NCBI GenBank assembly: GCA_027490575.1
Contig: JAIXXV010000032.1
Coordinates: 13,211-77,210 of the forward strand
Source: a bacterium
Lineage (GTDB): Bacteria > Patescibacteriota > Minisyncoccia > Phycocordibacterales > CAIZLB01
Length of the DNA: 64,000 nt
Direction of reading: 5' to 3'
Part shown: positions 26,561 through 35,438 of the stretch, one piece after another
Layout of the letters: the number at the start of each line of letters is the position of its first letter
How positions within the stretch are numbered: the first letter of the stretch is position 1
The notes under the pieces: model-generated
Database searches by the model: none
What the model saw: the letters and a program-made list of their open reading frames with translations, nothing else
What the model was told of the DNA's origin: nothing
Program-made: the position numbers and the translations under genes

Positions 26561-27333
26561 GCACACTAAATAATCTAGCATCGACACCGGTTGAGAGTCT
26601 GATAAGTACTCCTAGTATTTTTAGCCTGGAAGTTTTCGGTATTGCACTTATAGGAGGACTCCTACCCGCACTGGTATGGCTTTGGTTCTGGATGCATGAA
26701 AGTCATGACCACCATGAGCCAAAAAGCGTGCTTTGGAGTGTATTCATACTTGGCATGGCCAGTGTTTTTTTAGTACTACCAATACAAGCACTTTTGTCTA
26801 GGTATATGGACTTACCAATGGTGCCCGATAACTCATTCAGCATTATACTTTGGGCTGGTATTGAAGAAATTATAAAATACTCAGTTGCATTTGCTGCAGC
26901 ACTTAGATTTAAACCTGATGTATTTGATGAGCCTATAGACGCATTTGTCTATTTGATGACGGCGGCACTTGGCTTTGCTGCTATGGAAAATATACTTTTC
27001 TTGATTGGGCCACTACTACAAGGCGAGACAATCCTGACTATCATGACAGGTAATATGCGCTTTATGGGTGCCAACTTATTGCATGTTGCTTCATCAGGTG
27101 CACTGTCTATATTTATAGCCTATGGATATTACAAATCAAAAACTGCTCAACTTGGATACTTGATATCAGGACTTGCTGCGGCTACTCTATTGCATGCATT
27201 GTTTAATTTTCTTATAATACTATTAACAGAAATACAAAAGGAAATGATCTTTGTTGCATTCTCATACGTTTGGGTCACTCTGATCATTCTGATTCTGGCA
27301 CTTGAAAAGGTGAAAAAGATAAAACAATTTTAG
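26548..27333 (+). CDS. PrsW-family intramembrane metalloprotease
   Basis: Multi-TM protein with the GIEEIIKY (EExxK) and FAAMEN...H motifs. Overlaps the valS end by 13 nt. Confidence 0.65.
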   Translation: MAFLSTLNNLASTPVESLISTPSIFSLEVFGIALIGGLLPALVWLWFWMHESHDHHEPKSVLWSVFILGMASVFLVLPIQALLSRYMDLPMVPDNSFSIILWAGIEEIIKYSVAFAAALRFKPDVFDEPIDAFVYLMTAALGFAAMENILFLIGPLLQGETILTIMTGNMRFMGANLLHVASSGALSIFIAYGYYKSKTAQLGYLISGLAAATLLHALFNFLIILLTEIQKEMIFVAFSYVWVTLIILILALEKVKKIKQF

Positions 27334-27334
27334 T

Positions 27335-27390
27335 CAGTTAGCAGGTATCAGATGACAGATATCAGTTGTCAGATAGCAGGTATCAGTTAG
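27335..27390 (+). repeat. 7-nt periodic spacer, CAGNTNN class (8 heptads)
   Basis: cagttag caggtat cagatga cagatat cagttgt cagatag caggtat cagttag. Starts directly after the prsW stop. Confidence 0.75.
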
Positions 27391-27447
27391 GGGCAAAAAA
27401 AGGCGGGCAAATTAATAATTAGTAACTTCAAGCATTAAGCAAAAACC

Positions 27448-27933
27448 ATGAAAAAAAGATCATTTTTTGAAAGACTGACAGGTAGTGTAAATCTCGATGA
27501 TGACGATTTCATCTTGGACGAAGATGCAGAGGCTAGCGAACCAAAAGAGATCCGTCGAACAATACAACCAGGCGCGTCTTCATGGATGGATGAGCAGGCT
27601 GGTGAAGGTGAGCTTTCTGTAGATGTGTACCAAACTCCTGATGAAATAATTGTAAAAGCCCTTATACCTGGTGTTAGAAAAGATGATGTTGATATATCTA
27701 TATCTCGAGACTCTATAACTATTCGCGGTAGCAGAAAAGAAGAAAAAACTATCTCAGACGATAACTACATTGTTCAAGAGCTATATTGGGGAGCATTTTC
27801 AAGAACTGTTAGACTTCCCCATGAAGTAGACATCGAGCACTCAGATGCTACTGAAAGCCAAGGGGTGCTTACGATAAAACTTCCTCGAGTAGACAAGGAC
27901 AGACAAGCGAAGCTTAGGGTGAAGTCTGTTTAG
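27448..27933 (+). CDS. Hsp20/alpha-crystallin small heat-shock protein
   Basis: Alpha-crystallin domain pattern (LSVDVYQTPDEIIVKALIPGV...FSRTVRLPHEVD...GVLTIKLPR). Confidence 0.85.
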   Translation: MKKRSFFERLTGSVNLDDDDFILDEDAEASEPKEIRRTIQPGASSWMDEQAGEGELSVDVYQTPDEIIVKALIPGVRKDDVDISISRDSITIRGSRKEEKTISDDNYIVQELYWGAFSRTVRLPHEVDIEHSDATESQGVLTIKLPRVDKDRQAKLRVKSV

Positions 27934-27981
27934 GTTTAGGGTTGATGTTGAGCTCTTTGGATAAGTTAAATATATACACAA

Positions 27982-28010
27982 GAAAAAAGACCCTAAACGG
28001 GTCTTTTTTA
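27982..28010. terminator. Bidirectional terminator between hsp20 and rpsP
   Basis: aaaaaa agaccc taaac gggtct ttttt. Confidence 0.75.
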
Positions 28011-28029
28011 CATCTCTTTATATCTTTGA

Positions 28030-28332
28030 CTATGCAGCTACCGCTTCTTCTTTCTTTGCAACAGTCTTCTTTGGAAGTACGTTTTTCTTTTTAGCATCTA
28101 GAACCTTGCTAGTAACTAGTAGGTTGTGAGCAGTATCAGAAACTTGGGCTCCTTTTGAAATCCAATGCTTAATCCTATCAGCTTTTATAATAGTACCATC
28201 CTTTCTAAAGTTGTGAGAACCTAGGATCTCAAGAAACTTACCGCTTTTTGTAGAGTTTTGAGATTCAGTCAAAACAAGTCTAAAAGACGGCTCGTTTTTC
28301 TTCCCTACTCTTTGTAGTCGTATTTTTAACAT
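28030..28332 (-). CDS. rpsP: Ribosomal protein S16
   Basis: MLKIRLQRVGKKNEPSFRLVL is the canonical S16 N-terminus. The ATG at 28332 is preferred over the track start at 28353. Confidence 0.9.
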   Translation of the reverse strand: MLKIRLQRVGKKNEPSFRLVLTESQNSTKSGKFLEILGSHNFRKDGTIIKADRIKHWISKGAQVSDTAHNLLVTSKVLDAKKKNVLPKKTVAKKEEAVAA

Positions 28333-28448
28333 AAGTGGCTTAGATAGTATCAAAAAAGCCCCTAAGCGTCAATGACCATTATGAAATTGGCCTGTTTTCT
28401 GGTAGCATATACACAATAAACGCCCGATAAACATAAAATCAATACAAT

Positions 28449-30569
28449 ATGAACAATAAAAGAATAGGTACAATATCCCTAAACTCCAAGGGAAAAGGCT
28501 TCGTCGAGATAGAGGGTCAGGAGCTAGATATACCGGTAGAGCCTAGGGACATATCTACAGCGCTTCCAAGCGACACAGTTGAGATAGAGCTATACAGCGG
28601 TTTTAGAGGCGCTGAATACGGCAAAGTACTTCGGGTGATAGAGCGCAAGAAAACCCAGTACGTAGGGACGATCATAAAGGGTGAAAATACGTCTTGGTAC
28701 AACCAGGACCCTGAAAGCTATGCCGACCTAAAAGATGTTTTGGTTTTGGCACCAGATGACAAGAGGGCTAATATAATCATTAAGATAGATCAAGATGGTT
28801 TCGAAGACGAATCTCATGACAAAGACATCGCGCTTACGGGTGCTGGCGCAGTCATAAACAATGTCACCAAGCACGAGATACGTGAGAGCTTTAAAGCTAT
28901 AGCAAAAATAGACCTTGAGACATGGTCAGATAGAGATGGTCGAGTTCCTCATGGATACATCACTAGGGTTATTGGAGAAAAAGGCGAAAACAATGCCGAA
29001 ATGGAGTCTATAGTACTAGAAAGAGGTTTTGATACGACTTTCTCATCAGAGGTTATCAGAGAGGCCGAGGAAGCTGCCAAGGACTATAGTTCTCTATCCC
29101 CTTCTGCAGAAGAGCTGTCTTCGAGAAGAGACATGCGAGGAGTATTCACATGTACTATCGACCCATTTGATGCAAAAGACTTCGACGATGCTCTTTCCAT
29201 AAGAGTTCTTTCTGACTCAGAGAAAAAGGCTTGGTCTGACGAGACGAAGAGTTATAGTGGTACGGACTTACCTGAGGCTCATTTTGAAATAGGTATACAC
29301 ATCGCTGACGTTGCACACTATGTACGTCCCGGGACTGCACTTGATATGGAAGCAAGACGTAGAGCTTTTTCTGTGTACTTAGTAGATAGAACTATCCCTA
29401 TGCTTCCATCAGTACTTTCAAATGGTATGTGTAGTCTAAACCCGCATGAGGATAGATTCGCATTTTCTACTATTTTCCTGATGACAAAAGACGGGCGTAT
29501 TTTGGACAAATGGTTTGGGCGGACAATCATTTACTCAGATAGACGTTTTTCATACGAAGAGGCCCAAGATGTTTTAAATGGCAAACTAGAAAGTGAATAT
29601 GCACAGCAGATAAAAGATTTTGACCATATTGCAAAGATAATGCAAAAGCAAAGAAAAGATAAAGGTTCTATCGACTTTGAGACAACTGAGATAAAGTTCA
29701 AACTAGACGAGCAAGGTCGCCCTATAGCTGTATACAAAAAAGAAAGACTTGATGCTCACAGACTTGTAGAAGAATACATGCTCTTGGCCAACAGAGAAGT
29801 TGCCGAGTATATCTCAAAGAAAAATAAAGAAATAAAAACTGAAAAAGCTGGAGTATACCGTGTCCACAATTCACCAGACTTTGAAAGACTTACTGACCTT
29901 GGTATCTTTGTGAGAGCACTAGGATTTGAATTTCATCCAACCAAAAACATTACCCCTAAGGACGTACAGAAGCTTCTCAGTGACGTTGAAGGTTCGCCTG
30001 CCGAAGCCGTCATCAAAGTAGCAACTCTACGCTCTATGGCAAAGGCCACTTATGCTACTTCCAACACTGGTCACTTTGGACTAGCTTTTGATTTCTACAC
30101 CCAGTTCACTTCACCTATCAGACGTTACCCTGACTTGATGGTTCACCGTATTCTTGCCCTGCTACTAGAAGGTAAAGTTGTACCGCACCAGATGGCTATA
30201 ACACTTGAAAAGATATGTCTCGACTCATCAAAACGTGAAGTAGAGGCCGCCGATGCAGAACGCGCATCTGTAAAGTACAAACAAGTAGAGTTTATGATGA
30301 ATAAGATTGGTCAGACTTTCGAAGCAACAGTTTCTGGTATCTCTGATTGGGGTATGTATGTTGAGGAGCCTGAGTCAAAAGCAGAAGGTCTCATAAGACT
30401 TAAGGACCTAAAACCTGACGACTTCTACAGCGTAGATCAAAAGAACTACAAGATCATTGGTCAAAATACTAAAAAGGAATTCAATATTGGTGACAAGATA
30501 ACTGTAAAATTAGTTAGTGCTGACTTGGATGCGAAGATGTTGGATTTTCAGGTTGTGACTCAAAGCTAA
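28449..30569 (+). CDS. rnr: Ribonuclease R (RNB-family 3'-5' exoribonuclease)
   Basis: RNB motifs DPFDAKDFDDALS and IHIADVAHYV, plus a C-terminal S1 domain. 706 aa. Confidence 0.9.
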   Translation: MNNKRIGTISLNSKGKGFVEIEGQELDIPVEPRDISTALPSDTVEIELYSGFRGAEYGKVLRVIERKKTQYVGTIIKGENTSWYNQDPESYADLKDVLVLAPDDKRANIIIKIDQDGFEDESHDKDIALTGAGAVINNVTKHEIRESFKAIAKIDLETWSDRDGRVPHGYITRVIGEKGENNAEMESIVLERGFDTTFSSEVIREAEEAAKDYSSLSPSAEELSSRRDMRGVFTCTIDPFDAKDFDDALSIRVLSDSEKKAWSDETKSYSGTDLPEAHFEIGIHIADVAHYVRPGTALDMEARRRAFSVYLVDRTIPMLPSVLSNGMCSLNPHEDRFAFSTIFLMTKDGRILDKWFGRTIIYSDRRFSYEEAQDVLNGKLESEYAQQIKDFDHIAKIMQKQRKDKGSIDFETTEIKFKLDEQGRPIAVYKKERLDAHRLVEEYMLLANREVAEYISKKNKEIKTEKAGVYRVHNSPDFERLTDLGIFVRALGFEFHPTKNITPKDVQKLLSDVEGSPAEAVIKVATLRSMAKATYATSNTGHFGLAFDFYTQFTSPIRRYPDLMVHRILALLLEGKVVPHQMAITLEKICLDSSKREVEAADAERASVKYKQVEFMMNKIGQTFEATVSGISDWGMYVEEPESKAEGLIRLKDLKPDDFYSVDQKNYKIIGQNTKKEFNIGDKITVKLVSADLDAKMLDFQVVTQS

Positions 30570-30641
30570 TATTTTCCAAGAAGAGATACTAGCTTGACGA
30601 TTTTATGCCGTTGAGTATTATGTAGGTGTAAAGCTAGTATA

Positions 30642-30740
30642 TTTTGATTGGGGCGAAGAGCAGAAAATCGGCTCGGCTGCCAGCGACTCATTCATGAGTT
30701 ATGCGATGGAGGAATTGCCGACCTCCCACCTCAATCAATC
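30642..30740 (+). other. G+C-rich ~100-nt segment with nested helices; candidate small RNA or 3'-UTR structure (strand uncertain)
   Basis: ggggcgaagagcag...tcggc...ccagcg actca ttca tgagt tat gcgatgg...gccga cctccc. Nested pairs are TCGGC/GCCGA, CCAGCG/GCGATGG and ACTCA/TGAGT. A promoter-like TTGACG-N16-TATTAT lies at about 30594-30625. No T-run follows on either strand. Confidence 0.2.
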
Positions 30741-31015
30741 TGTATTAGCTTTTTGAATTTCCTACGTGTATATTTTATATCGACAATCATTGCAGTTACA
30801 GCGCTGTTTATTCCATTTACTTCGATTACCACACCTACGTACCTGTCATTCACTCTAGACACCAGTATAAACCTTCTTTTGGCTAGGTCTTTTAAACTTT
30901 TTTTATCACTTATATATATTTCACTACAATTGTTTAATGTGTTTTGAATATTGTTAATTAAATATTCATGTACAACATGTTTACACATAATATGATTCAG
31001 TGTTCTACCAGACAT
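30731..31015 (-). CDS. Hypothetical small protein (94 aa)
   Basis: ORF only. AT-rich, TGA stop. Its 3' end overlaps the structured segment 30642-30740. Confidence 0.35.
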   Translation of the reverse strand: MSGRTLNHIMCKHVVHEYLINNIQNTLNNCSEIYISDKKSLKDLAKRRFILVSRVNDRYVGVVIEVNGINSAVTAMIVDIKYTRRKFKKLIQID

Positions 31016-31252
31016 GTATAAACTATGCCTTTTAATTTTAAACTTTAATTACACTGGTTGACAACTCAAACTCACTATCATTTTCTTTACACATCAAAAA
31101 ATACTACCGCCATGTGTATTAAGAAAACTTGAAGGAAATATAAATAAAAAAGCAGATACTAGAGGATCCAACAGACTGGAGCCTATTGTTTCTTAGTATC
31201 CGCCTTGGGCGAGGGTTGTTAGTGTTGGGATGACTGCTCCACCTATGTGGAT

Positions 31253-31666
31253 TTAGATCCGTTGCAGAACTGACTTGGATGTTACTTTACCAGCTAATCC
31301 GAGAGAGAACCAGCGGTCAATTTTCAACGCCGCCTCGTGAGTGTCGCATTTTTCCATCACGGCAACGAAATCAAGTTGGTTACCACGGCACCTACATGCA
31401 TGGTTGTGACAGACCCAGCGATTCCTGGAGAGAGTCACTTTAAATACGTTTCCGCTATCGCCTGGGTGAATAGGACAAGGACCAACCAGACTACTGCCAT
31501 TGCGAGTTGGCTGCATTTTTGATTTGAAGCCGTAGTATCCCAACAACCTCTCTAGGGATACAGCGGCCTTAACCGCTTTAAGATCAATAGATATTCTCTT
31601 CATATACAGAACGAACAATTTGAGTTTATTGGGTATCTGCACTTTACAGACACTTCCACTACTCAT
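31253..31666 (-). CDS. Stand-alone CHC2 (DnaG/primase-type) zinc-finger protein
   Basis: GPCPIHPGDSGNVFKV...WVCHNHACRCRGNQLDFV fits the CHC2 zinc finger (C-x2-H...C-x4-C). The start ATG overlaps the upstream Nudix TGA (ATGA). Confidence 0.6.
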   Translation of the reverse strand: MSSGSVCKVQIPNKLKLFVLYMKRISIDLKAVKAAVSLERLLGYYGFKSKMQPTRNGSSLVGPCPIHPGDSGNVFKVTLSRNRWVCHNHACRCRGNQLDFVAVMEKCDTHEAALKIDRWFSLGLAGKVTSKSVLQRI

Positions 31667-32151
31667 ATTACCAGACCGTTGGCTTTATGTAAATTTGACA
31701 CCGGAGAAATGGATTGAAGGATTAACTCTTTATGTGATGGAATTAATCCGTCAGGAAGGTTGTTTAAGTTGAAAAATTCCGCTTCGATTATTTCCTTAGG
31801 ATCAAGCAATTGTGTTCCACCGGTGAGCCGTGCAACGAATGTAATCTCCAGACGCAATTTAAAGCCACTTTTAATTCGTAGTAATCGCTCCACATGAACC
31901 TCGTACCCAGTTTCTTCCTTTAACTCTCGTTGGACAGTCTGTTCTATTGTTTCGCCGGAAATTGCATACCCACTCGGTAACCCCCAAGAACCGGATTTCC
32001 AAAAACGGTGCCTTAAAAGTAAAATCCGACCATCATTATCAAACACCACTGCCGATGTACCTAAAATAAATTTTGAATGGAAAATCCAAAGTATTCTCCA
32101 CTGAAGATATCCTCCCATTTTTCTCCAAAAAGTTGCTAGTGTTGAATACAT
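31663..32151 (-). CDS. Nudix hydrolase with a hydrophobic N-terminal segment
   Basis: Nudix box GLPSGYAISGETIEQTVQRELKEETGY. TGA stop overlapping the next start. Confidence 0.75.
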   Translation of the reverse strand: MYSTLATFWRKMGGYLQWRILWIFHSKFILGTSAVVFDNDGRILLLRHRFWKSGSWGLPSGYAISGETIEQTVQRELKEETGYEVHVERLLRIKSGFKLRLEITFVARLTGGTQLLDPKEIIEAEFFNLNNLPDGLIPSHKELILQSISPVSNLHKANGLVI

Positions 32152-32160
32152 GGTGGTAAT

Positions 32161-34515
32161 TTATTTAGCAACCGCCACCGCCTCATCAAAAGCTATAGAC
32201 AACAACTTAGAGTATCCCTCACCTCCCATCGTCACTCCGTATATAACACCAGCACGTGACATTGTCTCTCTATTGTGAGTTATAAGTATAAGCTGTGAAT
32301 GTTTAGACAAAGCCTCAATCATATCTCCATACTTTCTAGAGTTAGCCTCGTCGAGCGCTGCGTCTGTTTCATCTAGTATTACAAATGGTGGTGGATTTAC
32401 CTGTGACATTGCAAAGAGTAGTGCAATAGATGTTAGCGCTCGTTCACCTCCTGAGAGCATTGTAAGTCCCTTTATGCGTTTATGTGGCAAAGAAACATTG
32501 ATCTCAATACCTTCTTCGGCCGGTTCGTCACCATCTAGCTCTTCAGCAAGAGCAACTGACAAGTCACCACTGTCATCCTCCAGGTCACCCTTCTTTTTCT
32601 TTCGCTTTATTTCTTTTATGAGTTTAAGCTCGGCTGTACCACCTCCAAACATTAGTCCAAAAAACTTTCCAAACTCTTTATTGATTTTAGAAATACCATC
32701 CTTGAAAAGTTCACTGAGTTTTTGATTTAACTCATCTATCAGAAGTTTCAATGATTCTGAAGAAGTTATCAAATCTTGTAGCTCTTTCGCCAAGAAAATA
32801 TCCCTTTCCTCCGCATCTTTGTATTCTCGAACTATATCGTCGCCTCCACCGCCACCCATTTCCTCAAGTCTGATCTTTGATTTTTCCACAGCACGTCTTC
32901 TATCCACTTGGGCATGTCTATCTTCGACAACAGAGAAGTCAACTTCGGCGTTTTCATAATCCACAGCGTCTCTACCAACAAGCATGTGCGCCTCTTGTAT
33001 TTCACTTTTAAATTCTTCCTCCTCAACTCGAAGTCTTTCTTCTTTGGCCTTTACGGTCTCTATATGAGAATGTAACTCATTTTGCTTGGACATTATCACA
33101 AGTACAGCCTTTTCACTTTCAACATTCTTATCACGTTCTTTGTCTATATCCACTTTTATCTGTGTATATCTTTCTGATTGCTTTAATTCTTCTTCAGAAA
33201 ATGTTCTGAGTTTTTCCTCAAGAGTTTTCATTTCCTCGGATATGCGCTTTATCTCAGCTTCCTCTGTCTCAGTGCTGTTTTGCGGCTTCTCAACGTGATC
33301 TGATTCTTTGTGATAATTTACAAAACTACTAATACGCTCATGAATATCTTGGATAGATTGTTTTACGTAAGCCAATCTTTGTTCTGGAGATGCATTTGCA
33401 TGATCACCAATGCCGTCTATGGCTTCCAGAGCAACAGTTGCTTTGACGTCTATATCTTTTTGAATGAGCTCCACATCTTTCAAGTAGACTTGCTTAGTAC
33501 TTTGCACATCAATGTGGTTTTCTGACTCCTTTATCTTTTTATCTATAACTCTTTTTAGATATGAAATCTCACCTTCTAGTCGCCCTATCTCCCTGGTGCA
33601 AGAGTCTTTCTTGGCTCTAGTATCTCGCATCTCTTGCTCAAGTGACAAGAGTCCAGACATACTACTGCTTTGCCCTAGGTTGGCCTTTGCTTCATCCAGT
33701 ATAGACTTGTGGTGAACTAGCTCTTGGTGCAACTTTTCTAGCTCTTCTTGCGGAGCTTTCTTTTCATTTGACAGTCTAGCTTTCTCCATTTTTATATAAT
33801 GATTTTCACGAGCAAAATACTCTTTGTACATACCAACCAACTCTTGGCGCAAAACCACAGCCTTTTCAATCTTCTCCACCTGCTTCTTCAAAAATTTTAT
33901 ATGTGGTGCGATCTCACGCCTAAGTGACTCAATCTCTTTGATGTGATTACCCGTTTTCTCTAGCTTCTTTTCACTTTCTTGTTTTTTGTATTGATACACC
34001 TTTAGACCTAGTGCATCCTCTATCATCTCTCGCCTATCTTTTGGTTGAGCTGACAAAAGTCTATCAGCTTCACCTTGCGAAATGATATGGTGACCAGACG
34101 AGCCTATATTGGCATAAGCCAAAAGCTCCACGACATCTTTTAGTCGCACAAGCGTGCCGTTTATAAAATACTCATTAACACCATCTCTATGGACCACACG
34201 CTCTATAGAAATCTCATCGAAGTCCATGTTGAACATCCGGTTCGTATTATCGAAAACAACTTTCACTGACGCCCTGTTTGCACGCGCACTGTCCTTACCT
34301 CCGTTGAAGATAAGATCCTCGCCTTTTTTCCCTCTCATAGACTTGAGTGATTGCTCACCAAGCACAAAACGAAAAGACTCCGCCACATTTGACTTACCCG
34401 AGCCGTTTGGACCAACAATAGATGTTATAGGAGAAGTGAAGGTCAAAGATCCCTTTTTTGAAAATGATTTGAATCCGTTTATTTCTAGGGATTTTAGACG
34501 TGAGACGAAGGACAT
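32161..34515 (-). CDS. smc: Shortened SMC-family chromosome segregation ATPase
   Basis: N-terminal head FKSF...GPNGSGKSNVAESFRFVLGEQS. C-terminal head LSGGERALTSIALLFA...VILDETDAALD. A coiled-coil-like middle. 784 aa from ATG 34515. Confidence 0.8.
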   Translation of the reverse strand: MSFVSRLKSLEINGFKSFSKKGSLTFTSPITSIVGPNGSGKSNVAESFRFVLGEQSLKSMRGKKGEDLIFNGGKDSARANRASVKVVFDNTNRMFNMDFDEISIERVVHRDGVNEYFINGTLVRLKDVVELLAYANIGSSGHHIISQGEADRLLSAQPKDRREMIEDALGLKVYQYKKQESEKKLEKTGNHIKEIESLRREIAPHIKFLKKQVEKIEKAVVLRQELVGMYKEYFARENHYIKMEKARLSNEKKAPQEELEKLHQELVHHKSILDEAKANLGQSSSMSGLLSLEQEMRDTRAKKDSCTREIGRLEGEISYLKRVIDKKIKESENHIDVQSTKQVYLKDVELIQKDIDVKATVALEAIDGIGDHANASPEQRLAYVKQSIQDIHERISSFVNYHKESDHVEKPQNSTETEEAEIKRISEEMKTLEEKLRTFSEEELKQSERYTQIKVDIDKERDKNVESEKAVLVIMSKQNELHSHIETVKAKEERLRVEEEEFKSEIQEAHMLVGRDAVDYENAEVDFSVVEDRHAQVDRRRAVEKSKIRLEEMGGGGGDDIVREYKDAEERDIFLAKELQDLITSSESLKLLIDELNQKLSELFKDGISKINKEFGKFFGLMFGGGTAELKLIKEIKRKKKKGDLEDDSGDLSVALAEELDGDEPAEEGIEINVSLPHKRIKGLTMLSGGERALTSIALLFAMSQVNPPPFVILDETDAALDEANSRKYGDMIEALSKHSQLILITHNRETMSRAGVIYGVTMGGEGYSKLLSIAFDEAVAVAK

Positions 34516-34522
34516 GGTTTTA

Positions 34523-34578
34523 CAGTTATCAGTTAGCAATTAACAGTTAAAGAATTAAGAAATCAATAGTTAATCCAA
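34523..34578 (+). repeat. 7-nt periodic spacer (CAGTTAN grading into AATTAAN), 8 heptads, directly upstream of smc
   Basis: cagttat cagttag caattaa cagttaa agaatta agaaatc aatagtt aatccaa. Confidence 0.65.
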
Positions 34579-34655
34579 TGTTGATTGTTGGCTATATTTT
34601 AGCATCTTTGAAGGAGGATACAAAGGAGGGTTTGCGCTAATTTAAAAGTTAATGA

Positions 34656-35348
34656 CTACACCTCCCATCCCTTCAACTGTATAGCCTTCTGCGCCGCATC
34701 TTGTTCAGCCTCTTGTTTAGATTTACCCTCACCTGTTGTCACTAAGTCATCTTTCAAGTAAACACCAACTGTAAAAACTTTGTTGTGGTCTGGACCGATT
34801 TCTTTGATGATTTTATAAGATGGTGTTATAGCTGTTTTTTCTTGAGCTAATTCTTGGAAAAAACTTTTTGAGTCTATGAACTTTCTCTCAGCAATCATAT
34901 CGTCTGTAAGATCAAATAGCTGGCTGGCAACGAAGTCACGAGCTTTGTCATAACCACTGTCTATATATATGGCACCAATGATAGCCTCGAAAGCATTTGC
35001 AAGTATAAACTGCCTAGCGCGTCCCGTATCTTTTGCCTCACCTTTTGAAAGCATCATGAAAGAGTTCACGCCAAGCTTTTCAGCTGCAGTTGCCAATGTA
35101 TTTGAGTTAACCAGAGCCGATCTGTACGCAGTCAAATCACCTTCTGGCTTATCAGGGTACTTGTTGTATAGATAATCAGTGATGACGAGTTCGAGTACAG
35201 CATCACCCAAAAACTCCAGACGCTCATTGTGCTCCAGCTTTGTGTTTTTATTTTCGTTTAGATATGAACGATGGATAAATGCTTGCCTAAGCAAGTCTTT
35301 ATTGTTGAATTCTATAGCTATACTTTTTTCGAATATATTGAAATCCAT
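34656..35348 (-). CDS. rnc: Ribonuclease III
   Basis: Signature NERLEFLGDAVLELV plus a C-terminal dsRBD. Confidence 0.9.
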   Translation of the reverse strand: MDFNIFEKSIAIEFNNKDLLRQAFIHRSYLNENKNTKLEHNERLEFLGDAVLELVITDYLYNKYPDKPEGDLTAYRSALVNSNTLATAAEKLGVNSFMMLSKGEAKDTGRARQFILANAFEAIIGAIYIDSGYDKARDFVASQLFDLTDDMIAERKFIDSKSFFQELAQEKTAITPSYKIIKEIGPDHNKVFTVGVYLKDDLVTTGEGKSKQEAEQDAAQKAIQLKGWEV

Positions 35349-35396
35349 TTTGTTAATTCGTATTTATATTTTTGTTTGTTTTTGTCTTTTGTCGGG

Positions 35397-35438
35397 CCAA
35401 CTGTTAACTGCTATCTGATATCTGTCATCTGACACCTG
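35397..35438 (-). repeat. 7-nt periodic spacer, CAGNTNN class (6 heptads, minus orientation) abutting the nusB stop
   Basis: Minus strand reads caggtgt cagatga cagatat cagatag cagttaa cagttgg. Confidence 0.75.

Noticed and set aside
30642-30740. The G+C-rich segment as tmRNA, tRNA-Sec or group II intron domain V.
   Set aside because: The 5' GGGGCG has no complementary 3' acceptor strand. There is no TTCGAAT-type T-loop, no 7-nt anticodon loop, and no AGC-triad/GAAA hairpin of domain V.
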